A DNA stretch of 64,000 bases, taken from assembly GCA_963555825.3 (NCBI GenBank), contig CAUVXB020000002.1, positions 1,216,001 through 1,280,000 on the forward strand, given 5' to 3'. The DNA comes from Alphaproteobacteria bacterium (GTDB lineage: Bacteria; Pseudomonadota; Alphaproteobacteria; JAAXGF01). Below the pieces are notes generated by a model. The model saw only the letters and a list, made by a program, of their open reading frames with translations. It searched no databases and was not told the DNA's origin. Of the stretch, positions 9,407-18,499 are shown piece by piece (position 1 is the stretch's first letter; each line of letters begins with the position of its first letter). A program made the translations under genes and the position numbers.

Positions 9407-10675
9407 ATGTTCGCGGCAGTTCGCGGCTCCTGGGCGCTTTTTCTCGGCATGGCGTTCCTGATGCTCGGCAACGGGCTGCAGGCAACGCTGCTGGGCGTGC
9501 GCGCGACCTTCGACGGTTTCGCGCCGGCGACCATCGGGCTGATCATGTCGGGCTACTACATCGGCTTCCTGGCCGGCTCGACGCTGGCGCCCAGGATCGT
9601 CCAGCGCGTCGGCCACGTTCGGGTGTTCGCGGCGCTCGCCTCGCTCGCCTCGGCCGCGGCGCTGGTCTACGCCGTGTTCGTCGATCCGTTCACCTGGATG
9701 GCCATGCGCATCGTCACCGGCTTCTGCCTCGCCGGGCTCTACGTCGTCGCCGAGAGCTGGCTCAACGACCGCGCGACCAACGAGACGCGCGGCCAGCTCC
9801 TGTCGATCTACATGGTCGTCCAGCTGGGCGCCTTCTCGGGCGGCCAACTGCTGCTCAACGTCGCCGATCCGGGCGGCTTCGAGCTGTTCATCCTGGTCTC
9901 GGTGGTGGTCTCGCTGGCGCTCGTGCCGACCTCGCTCACCGCCGTGCCGACGCCCAGTTTCGACACGCCGTCGCACGTCAGTCTCAAGCAGCTCTACCGC
10001 ATATCGCCGCTCGGCGTGGTCGGCTCGCTGGGCACCGGCATGGCGCATGGCGCGCTGATCGGCATGGGCGCGGTCTACGGCGCCTCGGCCGGGCTCAGCG
10101 TGGCCGAGATTTCGATCCTGATCGCGCTCACCTTCCTCGGCGGCATGGTGCTGCAGTGGCCGATCGGCCGGCTTTCCGACCGTTTCGACCGCCGCCGCGT
10201 GCTCACCGCGATCACCTTCCTCGCCGCGCTCAGCGCGCTCGGCGCCATCGCCGCCGCCGAGGTCGACGTCTGGGCCCTGTTCGCGCTGATCGCGCTGTTC
10301 GGCGGGCTGTCGCTGCCGATGTATTCGCTGTGCCTCGCACACACCAACGACTTCCTCGAGCCCAAGCAGATGGTCGCGGCGTCGGGCACGCTGGTGCTGG
10401 TCGTGGGCATCGGCGCGATCATGGGGCCGATCGCCGCCGCCGGGCTGATGTCGGCGGTCGGGCCGTCGGGCTGGTTCTGGTGCCTCGGCGCGGTGCACGC
10501 GGCGATCGGCGGCTTCGCGGTTTACCGTATGAAGGCACGCCCCGCCGTGCCGCTCGACGAACAGGGCGAATGCATCGCCGTGCCGCCGCAGGCCTCGCCG
10601 CTCGCCGCGGCGCTCAGCCCGGTCTCGATGCCCGACGTGATGGACGGCGATCTCGCGCGCACGGTGCGGCGCTAA
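9407..10675 (+). CDS. MFS transporter (YcaD-like)
   Basis: Many hydrophobic segments, VAESWLNDRATNETRGQLLSIY, QWPIGRLSDRFDRR. Confidence 0.9.
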   Translation: MFAAVRGSWALFLGMAFLMLGNGLQATLLGVRATFDGFAPATIGLIMSGYYIGFLAGSTLAPRIVQRVGHVRVFAALASLASAAALVYAVFVDPFTWMAMRIVTGFCLAGLYVVAESWLNDRATNETRGQLLSIYMVVQLGAFSGGQLLLNVADPGGFELFILVSVVVSLALVPTSLTAVPTPSFDTPSHVSLKQLYRISPLGVVGSLGTGMAHGALIGMGAVYGASAGLSVAEISILIALTFLGGMVLQWPIGRLSDRFDRRRVLTAITFLAALSALGAIAAAEVDVWALFALIALFGGLSLPMYSLCLAHTNDFLEPKQMVAASGTLVLVVGIGAIMGPIAAAGLMSAVGPSGWFWCLGAVHAAIGGFAVYRMKARPAVPLDEQGECIAVPPQASPLAAALSPVSMPDVMDGDLARTVRR

Positions 10676-10748
10676 ACGCGTGGTCTGAAGCCGCACGCCG
10701 CGCTCGGCGTGCGCGGCTCCGATGATAGCCGGGATTGCCCGGATCGGC

Positions 10749-11159
10749 TCAGTCGGTTCCCACGGCAAAGAGGATGACGCCGCCGACGACGACGCCGATC
10801 GGGATGAGGTATTCGCTGGTCAGCGTGCCGGTGCCGTTTTCGTCATCATCGGTCGCATACAGCGCCTGGCCGGACTGCTGTAGATTGACGCCGTTGAGGT
10901 TGAACGTCGTCACGCCGTCGAGGTTGTAGCTGAGGTCGATGAAGTTTGGCGGCAGCGGCGTCCCGTTGTCGACGAACATGCGCCCGTCGGTGCGGTCGAC
11001 ACGAAAGCCGAAACGCGGCGTCGCGTCGCTCTTGGCCGACCCGCCGAACGGAATCGTGACGTAGATCTCGGCGCGCGAGTTGCCGAACGGATCGAAGGCG
11101 AACGCGTGACCCGACGCGAGCCCAAGCGCCGTCAGCGCGACGACAAACAGCTTTTTCAT
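10749..11159 (-). CDS. Hypothetical exported or membrane-anchored protein
   Basis: Signal peptide MKKLFVVALTALGLASGHAFA and a hydrophobic C-terminus; no family recognised. Confidence 0.65.
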   Translation of the reverse strand: MKKLFVVALTALGLASGHAFAFDPFGNSRAEIYVTIPFGGSAKSDATPRFGFRVDRTDGRMFVDNGTPLPPNFIDLSYNLDGVTTFNLNGVNLQQSGQALYATDDDENGTGTLTSEYLIPIGVVVGGVILFAVGTD

Positions 11160-11283
11160 TACAAGGCCCCCTTGCGACCCTCTCAAACCCCCGGATCGCA
11201 CCGCCTGCGACCCGGCCAGAGCCTACCTGACGCAGCGCAACTGTCAAGTTTGACGGCGCGGCGTTACCCGGCCGCCGAACCGC

Positions 11284-11967
11284 TCAGGCTTCGTCGCCAT
11301 AGTAGCGGCGCGCCAGCCGCTCGGCCGGCACGCCGAGATGGAACAGCAGGTGGAGCTTGAGCCAGCCCCAGACGACGCCCGGCTTGGGCCGGTCGCGGAA
11401 TTTGCGCGACGAGGCGATCAGCGGCGTCTCTTCGATCCGCTGCGTCGGGCCATGCGCCTCGAGGCGGCCGACGAAGTCGTAGTCCTCCATCAACGCCAGC
11501 GGACGCACGCCGCCGATTGCGTCGTAGGCGGCGCGCCGCGCGAAGATGCCCGAATCGCCCCAGTAGAGGCCCCAGCGGCGCAGCCCGTTGTAGACCCGGG
11601 TGAGCCGGCGGCTGAAGCTCGTGCCGCCGTCGAAAACAACGCGGAAGTTGCCGCCGACGAGCCGCGGCGCCGCCGCCAGCACCGCCGCCAGCCGCGCCAG
11701 ACCGTCTGCCGGGAAACGCGTGTCGGCGTGCAGGAACAACAGCGTGTCGCCGCGCGAGACGGCCGCGCCGGCACGGAGCTGCGGGCCGCGGCCGCGCGCG
11801 CAGCGGATCATCACGGCGCCCGCGGCGCGCGCCAGATCGGCGGTGCCGTCGCCGCTGCCGCCGTCGGCGACGATGACCTCGTGCGGCACGCATTCGCCGG
11901 CCAGCTCGGCGAGCAAACGCGGCAACGTCTGGGCTTCGTTATAGGTCGGGATGACGATAGAGATCAT
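11284..11967 (-). CDS. GT2 glycosyltransferase (TIGR04283-like)
   Basis: ISIVIPTYNE, DGGSGD, LLFLHADT, YWGDSGIF, LMEDYDF, SSRKF. Confidence 0.82.
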   Translation of the reverse strand: MISIVIPTYNEAQTLPRLLAELAGECVPHEVIVADGGSGDGTADLARAAGAVMIRCARGRGPQLRAGAAVSRGDTLLFLHADTRFPADGLARLAAVLAAAPRLVGGNFRVVFDGGTSFSRRLTRVYNGLRRWGLYWGDSGIFARRAAYDAIGGVRPLALMEDYDFVGRLEAHGPTQRIEETPLIASSRKFRDRPKPGVVWGWLKLHLLFHLGVPAERLARRYYGDEA

Positions 11968-12138
11968 GGCCTCGGTTCACCAGCATGCGCCCGCCCGCGG
12001 GATGGCGTCAATTGCAGCGGAAAATCGACCCGACGACGATCGTCGCGACGGAATCGCCGCGCCCGCCCGTTTAATCCCCGAAAGCGCGGTTCACGCCGCC
12101 AACCACGACATGTTTCAACCAACTTGAGGATATACGAC

Positions 12139-12576
12139 ATGAACAAGCGATACTGGGCCTTGCTGGCCATCACCGCCCTGATCGTCCCCGGCTTTGCGCT
12201 GGCCGATGCCAAGAGCGATCGGCACACCGAACGCGTCGAGCGGCACTTCGCCGAGCTCGACACCGACGGCGACGGCCGGGTGACCCGCGAGGAGGCCGCC
12301 AGTCACCGCGGCGCCATGTTCGGCCGCGCCGATACCGATGGCGACGGCGCGGTCAGCGAGGCCGAGTTCATCGAGGCCGGCAAGAAGCGCGTCGAGGCGC
12401 GCCTGAAGCGACACTTCGCGAGGCTCGACGACGACGGCGACGGCGCCATCACGCCCGACGAGTTCGGCGGCCGGCGCGGCCACTTCTTCGACCGCATGGA
12501 CGCCGACGGCGACGGCGTCGTCACGCTCGACGAGGCCAAGGCCGCCAGTAAGCGCCACCACAAGAACGACGGGTGA
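12139..12576 (+). CDS. Secreted EF-hand domain protein
   Basis: Signal peptide plus four DxDGDG..E loops; GAGG RBS. Confidence 0.88.
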   Translation: MNKRYWALLAITALIVPGFALADAKSDRHTERVERHFAELDTDGDGRVTREEAASHRGAMFGRADTDGDGAVSEAEFIEAGKKRVEARLKRHFARLDDDGDGAITPDEFGGRRGHFFDRMDADGDGVVTLDEAKAASKRHHKNDG

Positions 12577-12651
12577 CGCGCGCCCGACCAAACCACCGCC
12601 GATGGCGAATAATGCCGCGCGGCCCCGGCATGTCCGGCCCTATAATCGGGC

Positions 12652-13221
12652 ATGACCGGGAGCTCGCGGGCCCAATCGGACGCGCGGTTGTTGCGGCGTG
12701 TGGCGGCCAGGGACGCCGCCGCCTGCCGCACGCTCGTCGATCACCATCTGGCGCCGCTGGTCGGCTTTGCCCAGCGCATGCTGGGCGACGCCGCCGCGGC
12801 CGAGGACGTCGCGCAGGAGAGCTTCCTGAGACTCTGGCGCCAGGCCGGGACCTGGCGCGCCGAGGCGGCGGTGGCGACCTGGCTGCACCGTGTCGCCCAC
12901 AATCTATGTATCGACCAGCTGCGCCGTCGCCGCGAAGTCACCGGCGACGCGGTCCCGGAGATCGCCGACCCGGCCGACGGGCCGCAGGCGGCGCACCAAC
13001 GGCGCCAGGTCACGGCGATCGTCGACGCCGCGATTGCCGCCCTGCCCGACCGGCAGCGTGCCGCGATCACGTTGGTCCATCACCTGGAATTCGGCAACAT
13101 CGCGGCGGCCGAAGTCATGGATATCACCGTCGAGGCGCTCGAATCGCTACTCGCCAGGGGCCGTCGGGCCTTGCGCGAGCGGCTCGCCGATGAGCGGCTC
13201 GACCTGATGGGGGACGTCTGA
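12652..13221 (+). CDS. ECF RNA polymerase sigma factor
   Basis: AEDVAQESFLRLW, TWLHRVAHNLCID, LPDRQRAAI, ESLLARGRRAL. Confidence 0.92.
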   Translation: MTGSSRAQSDARLLRRVAARDAAACRTLVDHHLAPLVGFAQRMLGDAAAAEDVAQESFLRLWRQAGTWRAEAAVATWLHRVAHNLCIDQLRRRREVTGDAVPEIADPADGPQAAHQRRQVTAIVDAAIAALPDRQRAAITLVHHLEFGNIAAAEVMDITVEALESLLARGRRALRERLADERLDLMGDV

Positions 13222-13664
13222 TGACCGACAGAGACGACGACTGGAACGCCCGCCTGAAGCGCATGCTCGACGCCTACGGCGCCGACGCGGCGCGCTGGCC
13301 CGAGGGCGAACGCGCCTGGGCCGAGGCGCTGGTCGAGGCCGACGGCGGCGCGCGCGCGCTGCGCGCCGAAGCCGGCCGGCTCGATGCGGCGCTCGACTGC
13401 GCGACACTCACTGAGCCCTCATCCGAGCTAATGGCCGACGTGCTGATGGCAGCGCCGGTCACGCCGTGGCGCCGCCGTCTCATCGCGCTCTGGCCCTTCG
13501 GGCCGGCGTGGCAGCCGGCCTCGGCACTCGCCACGGCCTGTGTCCTCGGCATCGTCGCCGGTCTCGCGACCGGCGGCGCCGAGAAGCTCGACGCGAACAC
13601 GCTCGGCGACGAGATCGGCTTGCTCGCCCTCGGGCCTCAATACCAGTTGGAGGAGACGCCATGA
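13221..13664 (+). CDS. Putative anti-sigma factor
   Basis: LDAYGADAARWP motif, one TM segment, coupled to the sigma gene. Confidence 0.7.
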   Translation: MTDRDDDWNARLKRMLDAYGADAARWPEGERAWAEALVEADGGARALRAEAGRLDAALDCATLTEPSSELMADVLMAAPVTPWRRRLIALWPFGPAWQPASALATACVLGIVAGLATGGAEKLDANTLGDEIGLLALGPQYQLEETP

Positions 13665-14137
13665 CGACCCCGCTCGCCCGCCGGCTCGCCATCGCTTTGG
13701 TGGCGTCGCTCGCAGTCAATTTGTTCCTCGGCGGCATGGCGACCTCGCGCTGGCTGTTCCACGCGCCGCCGGGGGCGCATGGCGCCGGCCCCGACGGCAT
13801 CGGACACTTCAACCGGCGCGCCGCACATGAGGCGCTGGACGCGGGCGCGCGCAGGCGGGTCGAGGCCGTCTGGCGCGACCGCATCGACGACATTCGACCG
13901 CGCATCCGCGCCGCGCGCAAGGCGCGTCACGACGTCATGCGCGAGCTGATCGCCGAGCCGATCGACGCGACCGCGCTCGAGGCGGCCTACGCGGCGCTGC
14001 GCGCGCGCACCGACGAGGCGCAGACCGCGGTGCACGGTGTCCTCGCCGAGGTGGCCCAGATGCTGCCGCCCGACCAGCGCCGGCGCTTCTTCAGGGCCGG
14101 CCTCAAGCGCCGCGACCGCAAGCACGTGGGACCCTAG
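13661..14137 (+). CDS. Periplasmic heavy-metal-sensor (Spy/CpxP-like) protein
   Basis: [13 protein letters not shown], helical body, LPPDQRRR; GGAGG RBS. Confidence 0.75.
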   Translation: MTTPLARRLAIALVASLAVNLFLGGMATSRWLFHAPPGAHGAGPDGIGHFNRRAAHEALDAGARRRVEAVWRDRIDDIRPRIRAARKARHDVMRELIAEPIDATALEAAYAALRARTDEAQTAVHGVLAEVAQMLPPDQRRRFFRAGLKRRDRKHVGP

Positions 14138-15255
14138 TGTCCCGATTCCGAAGTTCGCATGATTTTCGCCTGCTGTTCAGCGATTTCGATTGTTCGGAGG
14201 CAGAAGCGCTGGATGGCGCCGAGGATGTCATCGGCGGATTTGGTCCATTTGAAGGGTTTGGGGTTCTGGTTTGTCGTGTCGATGTAGTCGAGGATGGTGC
14301 GCTCCAACTCCTTGGTGGAGCGATGGACGCCGCGCCTGATCTGCTTGTCGGTCAGCAGCCCGAACCAGCGCTCGACCTGGTTCAGCCAGGAGGCGCTGGT
14401 GGGTGTGAAATGGGCCTGCCAGCGCGGCCGTTTGGCGAACCAGTCGCGGATCGCCTTGGTCTTGTGGGTCCCGTAGTTGTCCATGACGATGTGGATGTCG
14501 AGATCAGCAGGGACGTTCGCCTCGACGAGGTCGAGGAATTTGCGGAACTCTCGGGCCCGATGGCGCGGGAAACATTTGCCGATGATCTCTCCCGTGGCGA
14601 TGTCGAGGGCCGCGAAGAGAGAGGTCGTGCCGTGGCGCTTGTAGTCGTGGCTGCGCCGCTCCGCCTGCCCGGGGCGCATCGGCAAGAGGGGCTGGGAACG
14701 GTCCAGGGCCTGGATCTGGCTCTTTTCGTCGACACAGAGAACCAGGGCACGATCCGGCGGCGCCAAATACAGACCGACGATGTCGCGGACCTTCTCCACG
14801 AAGAAGGGATCGCTCGACAGCTTGAAGGTCTCCGAGCGATGCGGCTGCAAGCCGAAGGCCCGCCAGATGCGATGAATGGTCGAGGGCGCGTGGCCGCTCG
14901 CCCGCGCCATCGAGCGAAGGCTCCAATGGGTCGCGTCCGGCGGCGTCTCTTCCAGCGTCAGCCGGACCGCTTCCGCGATGGCGTCATCGCCGATTTGACG
15001 CGGCGCGCCGGGGCGGGGTTCGTCGTACAGACCGTCGAGGCCCTCCGCCGCATAGCGGCGACGCCACTTGCCCACGGTGTCCGCGCTCGCCTCGAGACGA
15101 ACGGCGATCTCCTTGTTCTCCAACCCTTCCGCCGCCGCCAAGACGATCCGAGCCCGCCGCGCAAGCCCCTGCGACGTCTTGCGACGACGAGACAGCGCCT
15201 CCAATTCGGCGCGCTCGTCATCGCTCAAAGAGATCGTCACCGCCACTCTCGCCAT
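14134..15255 (-). CDS. IS630 family transposase
   Basis: HTH with [61 protein letters not shown]. Confidence 0.95.
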   Translation of the reverse strand: MARVAVTISLSDDERAELEALSRRRKTSQGLARRARIVLAAAEGLENKEIAVRLEASADTVGKWRRRYAAEGLDGLYDEPRPGAPRQIGDDAIAEAVRLTLEETPPDATHWSLRSMARASGHAPSTIHRIWRAFGLQPHRSETFKLSSDPFFVEKVRDIVGLYLAPPDRALVLCVDEKSQIQALDRSQPLLPMRPGQAERRSHDYKRHGTTSLFAALDIATGEIIGKCFPRHRAREFRKFLDLVEANVPADLDIHIVMDNYGTHKTKAIRDWFAKRPRWQAHFTPTSASWLNQVERWFGLLTDKQIRRGVHRSTKELERTILDYIDTTNQNPKPFKWTKSADDILGAIQRFCLRTIEIAEQQAKIMRTSESGH

Positions 15256-15315
15256 CAATCGCGCCTCCTAAAAACAAATAGAGACATAATCATATCAATT
15301 TATCGATCAGGACAC
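14137..15315 (-). mobile_element. IS630 family insertion sequence
   Basis: Terminal inverted repeats GTGTCCCGAT / ATCAGGACAC flanked by duplicated TA (14135-14136 and 15316-15317). Confidence 0.92.
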
Positions 15316-15342
15316 TAGGGGACGCGCGTCTTATACCAAGGT

Positions 15343-15759
15343 TCAGATGAAAAACGATGCGCCGCTCGCGCTGGTGTCGTTCAGGAAGGTGACGATGCCA
15401 CCCTCGGCGTAATCGAGGTCGTCGCGCAGGTCGGCCATGGCGAGGCCGGCGGCGCGCAGCCCCATCTCGCAGACCAAGAAGGTGACGTCGAGCGCGGCAC
15501 AGGACTCGATCAGCGTTTCCATGGTGGCGACACCGCGTTCGGCGAACTCGGCATCCCGCGCGGCGCCCGGCATCGCCGTCCAGCCCGGCGCGCCGTCGGC
15601 GGTCGGCTTGGCCAGCGCGCGGATCGCTTCCATGGTGAAGAACAGCGTCGCCGGGCGATCGACGGCGGCCGAGGCGGCGGCCATCGAGAAGGCGTAGTGG
15701 ACGCGCTCGAAATCGCCCGAGAAGACGACGATCGAGAGCTTGTCGGGCGCCGCGCTCAC
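15343..15759 (-). CDS. DsrE/DsrF-like protein
   Basis: LSIVVFSGDFERVHYA, LFFTMEA, FLVCEMG; GTG start inferred. Confidence 0.75.
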   Translation of the reverse strand: MSAAPDKLSIVVFSGDFERVHYAFSMAAASAAVDRPATLFFTMEAIRALAKPTADGAPGWTAMPGAARDAEFAERGVATMETLIESCAALDVTFLVCEMGLRAAGLAMADLRDDLDYAEGGIVTFLNDTSASGASFFI

Positions 15760-15763
15760 ACCT

Positions 15764-16579
15764 TTACCCGCAAGCTTCGGCGGCGCCGTCCAGGTGGTCC
15801 GCGAGGTCCTTGATCGTCGCCTGGGCGCCGCACAGCGGGCAATCGGGATCGGGCTTGATGCGGACCTTCTGGAAGCTCGTCGCGAGCGCGTCATAGAGCA
15901 GCAGCCAGCCCGACATGCTGTCGCCGATACCGAGAATCTCCTTGATCACCTCGGTCGCCTGCAGCGAGCCCGCGGCGCCGGCCAGCGCGCCCAGGATGCC
16001 GGCTTCCGAGCAGCTCGGCACCAGGCCGGGCGGCGGCGCCTCGGGGAACAGGCAGCGGTAGCACGGGTTGTCGCCGCCCTCGAAGGCCTTGAAGGTCGAG
16101 ATCTGCGCGTCGAAGCGCGACATCGCCGCCGAGACCAGCGGGCGCTTGGCGAAGTAGCAGGCGTCGTTGACCAGATAGCGCGTCGCGAAGTTGTCGCTGC
16201 CGTCGGCGATCAGATCGTAGGGCTCGATCAATTCGAGCGCGTTCTCGGCGATGAGCCGCAGGTCGTGGGCGACGACGTCGACCTCGGGGTTGATTTCGGC
16301 GAGCGTCGCGCGCGCGCTCTCGGTCTTTGGCTCGCCGACCCGCGAGGTCGCGTGGACGATCTGGCGCTGCAGGTTCGAGAGATCGACGCGGTCGAAATCG
16401 ACGACGCCCAAGGTGCCGACACCGGCGGCGGCGAGGTACATCAGCACCGGCGAGCCGAGGCCCCCCGCGCCGATCACCAGCACCTTGGCGTCGATCAGCC
16501 GCGCCTGCCCGATGCCGCCGACCTCGGGCAGGATGATGTGGCGCGCGTAGCGCTGCAGCTGGGCTTCGGTGAAATCCAT
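15764..16579 (-). CDS. moeB: MoeB/ThiF family adenylyltransferase
   Basis: RYARHIIL, GAGGLG, DLSNLQRQ, DGSDNFATRY, CYRC and CPLC zinc motifs. Confidence 0.92.
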   Translation of the reverse strand: MDFTEAQLQRYARHIILPEVGGIGQARLIDAKVLVIGAGGLGSPVLMYLAAAGVGTLGVVDFDRVDLSNLQRQIVHATSRVGEPKTESARATLAEINPEVDVVAHDLRLIAENALELIEPYDLIADGSDNFATRYLVNDACYFAKRPLVSAAMSRFDAQISTFKAFEGGDNPCYRCLFPEAPPPGLVPSCSEAGILGALAGAAGSLQATEVIKEILGIGDSMSGWLLLYDALATSFQKVRIKPDPDCPLCGAQATIKDLADHLDGAAEACG

Positions 16580-16590
16580 AGCGTCTGGCC

Positions 16591-17070
16591 CTATACCGTC
16601 TCGACCGTCGCGCCGACCAGCCCGGTCGAGCCGTAGCCGTCGGCGCCGCGCGCGGTCTCGGGCAGCTCCGCGGTCTCGCGCCAGGCGATCCGGGCGACCG
16701 GCGCGACGACCAACTGGGCGATGCGCATGCCGCGCGTCACGACGAACGGATCGGCGCCCAGGTTGACCAGGATGACGCTGATCTCGCCGCGGTAGTCGGC
16801 GTCGACCGTACCTGGCGCATTGAGCACGCCGATGCCGTGGCGGTGGGCGAGGCCCGAGCGCGGCCGGACCTGCGCCTCGAAGCCCGCCGGCAGCGCGATC
16901 TTGATGCCGGTCGGCACCAGTGCGCGGCCACCGGGCGCGATGGTCAGCGGGCCGGCGATCGATGCCGCCAGATCGAGGCCCGAGCTTCCTTCGGTGGCAT
17001 AGGCCGGCAGCGGCAGATCGGCCGCGTCGTCGAGACGCGTGACGGCGACGTCGAGCGGTTCCGTGTTCAT
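16591..17070 (-). CDS. dut: dUTP diphosphatase
   Basis: [39 protein letters not shown]. Confidence 0.96.
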   Translation of the reverse strand: MNTEPLDVAVTRLDDAADLPLPAYATEGSSGLDLAASIAGPLTIAPGGRALVPTGIKIALPAGFEAQVRPRSGLAHRHGIGVLNAPGTVDADYRGEISVILVNLGADPFVVTRGMRIAQLVVAPVARIAWRETAELPETARGADGYGSTGLVGATVETV

Positions 17071-18278
17071 GCGGCCTGGCCGGCGGCGAAATGCGCGGCG
17101 ATGCACGCGGCGATGCGCTCGGCGACGTCGGTCTTGCTCATCGTCGGCCAGTCGTCGACGCCTTGCGCGGTAACCAGATGCACCGTGTTGTCGTCGCCGC
17201 CCATGACCCCGGTGCCGGGCGCGACGTCGTTGGCGACGATCCAGTCGCAGCCCTTGCGCGCCAGCTTGGCGCGCGCGTTCTCGACCACCGCTTCGGTCTC
17301 GGCGGCGAAGCCGATGACCAGCGCCGGCCGCCGGTTGCCGGCCTCGCTCAGGCTGGCCAGGATGTCGGGGTTCTCGGCGAGCGCGAGCGCGGCTGGCGGC
17401 TTACCGTCCTTCTTGATCTTGGAGATAGCGGTTTGGGCGGCGCGCCAGTCGGCGACCGCGGCGGCGCAGACCGCGACGTCGGCGGGCAGCGCGGTGCGGC
17501 AGGCCTCGAGCATCTCGGCGGCCGATTCGATGTGCACCACGGCGACGCCCGCGGGATCGGCCTGGGCGGTCGGCCCCGAGACCAGCGTGACCGCGGCGCC
17601 GAGCCGCGCGCAGGCGGCCGCGATGGCATGGCCCTGCTTGCCCGACGATCGGTTGGCGATGTAGCGCACCGGGTCGATGGCCTCCCATGTCGGGCCCGAG
17701 GTGACCAGCGCGCGGCGGCCGGCGAGCGGCGCACGGGCGGCAAAATAGTCCTCGACCGCGGCGACGATCTCGTCCGGCTCGGCCATGCGGCCCGGGCCGT
17801 ACTCGCCGCAGGCCATGTCGCCCTCGTTCGGGCCCACAATCGTGACGCCACGCTGGATCAGAGTTTCGACGTTGACGCAAGTCGCGGCGTGCTGCCACAT
17901 GCGGACGTTCATCGCCGGCGCCGCCAGCACCGGCTTGTCGGTCGCCAAGAGCACGGTCGAGGCGAGATCGTCGGCGCGGCCGTGGGCCATCTTGGACAGC
18001 AGATCGGCGGTCGCCGGCGCGACGACCAGCAGATCGGCGGCACGCGACAGCTCGATATGGCCCATTTCAGCCTCGTCGGTCAGCGAGAACAGCTCGCCGT
18101 AAACCTTGTCGCCCGACAGCGCGGCGACCGAGAGCGGCGTGACGAACTCGGCGCCCGCCCTGGTCAGCACGCAGCGTACCGCGCAACCGCGCTCGCGCAG
18201 CCGCCGGATCAGTTCGAGCGACTTGTAGGCGGCGATGCCGCCCGCGATGATGAGCAATATGCGTTTGCCGTACAGCAT
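17067..18278 (-). CDS. coaBC: Phosphopantothenoylcysteine decarboxylase/ligase
   Basis: [52 protein letters not shown]. Confidence 0.96.
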   Translation of the reverse strand: MLYGKRILLIIAGGIAAYKSLELIRRLRERGCAVRCVLTRAGAEFVTPLSVAALSGDKVYGELFSLTDEAEMGHIELSRAADLLVVAPATADLLSKMAHGRADDLASTVLLATDKPVLAAPAMNVRMWQHAATCVNVETLIQRGVTIVGPNEGDMACGEYGPGRMAEPDEIVAAVEDYFAARAPLAGRRALVTSGPTWEAIDPVRYIANRSSGKQGHAIAAACARLGAAVTLVSGPTAQADPAGVAVVHIESAAEMLEACRTALPADVAVCAAAVADWRAAQTAISKIKKDGKPPAALALAENPDILASLSEAGNRRPALVIGFAAETEAVVENARAKLARKGCDWIVANDVAPGTGVMGGDDNTVHLVTAQGVDDWPTMSKTDVAERIAACIAAHFAAGQAA

Positions 18279-18287
18279 GGCCGATGT

Positions 18288-18299
18288 TGCAGTGCACCA
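18288..18299 (+). promoter_or_regulatory. Putative PhaR box upstream of coaBC
   Basis: TGCAGTGCACCA, same pattern as the sites before phaA and phaR. Confidence 0.5.
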
Positions 18300-18315
18300 A
18301 AACGATGACGGTAAC

Positions 18316-18454
18316 CTAACGCATAATCCGACCGATTGGAATCAGTCGGATTACGCCAGCCTGCGACCGCAGGCCGCCGACCGTTCGGCGGAAGCATGCG
18401 CGGCGATTGAGCGCAGGTCATCTTTGACGCGCGTAAAGATGACCGAACACATAG
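18316..18454 (+). repeat. Repeat family A, copy 2
   Basis: taatccgac..gtcggatta hairpin, gccgaccgttcggc, ggtcatcttt...aaagatgacc. Confidence 0.85.
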
Positions 18455-18499
18455 GTCCGCAGTGTCGGGGGCGCAACCCCGCCGCCGCGCGCGGCGAGT

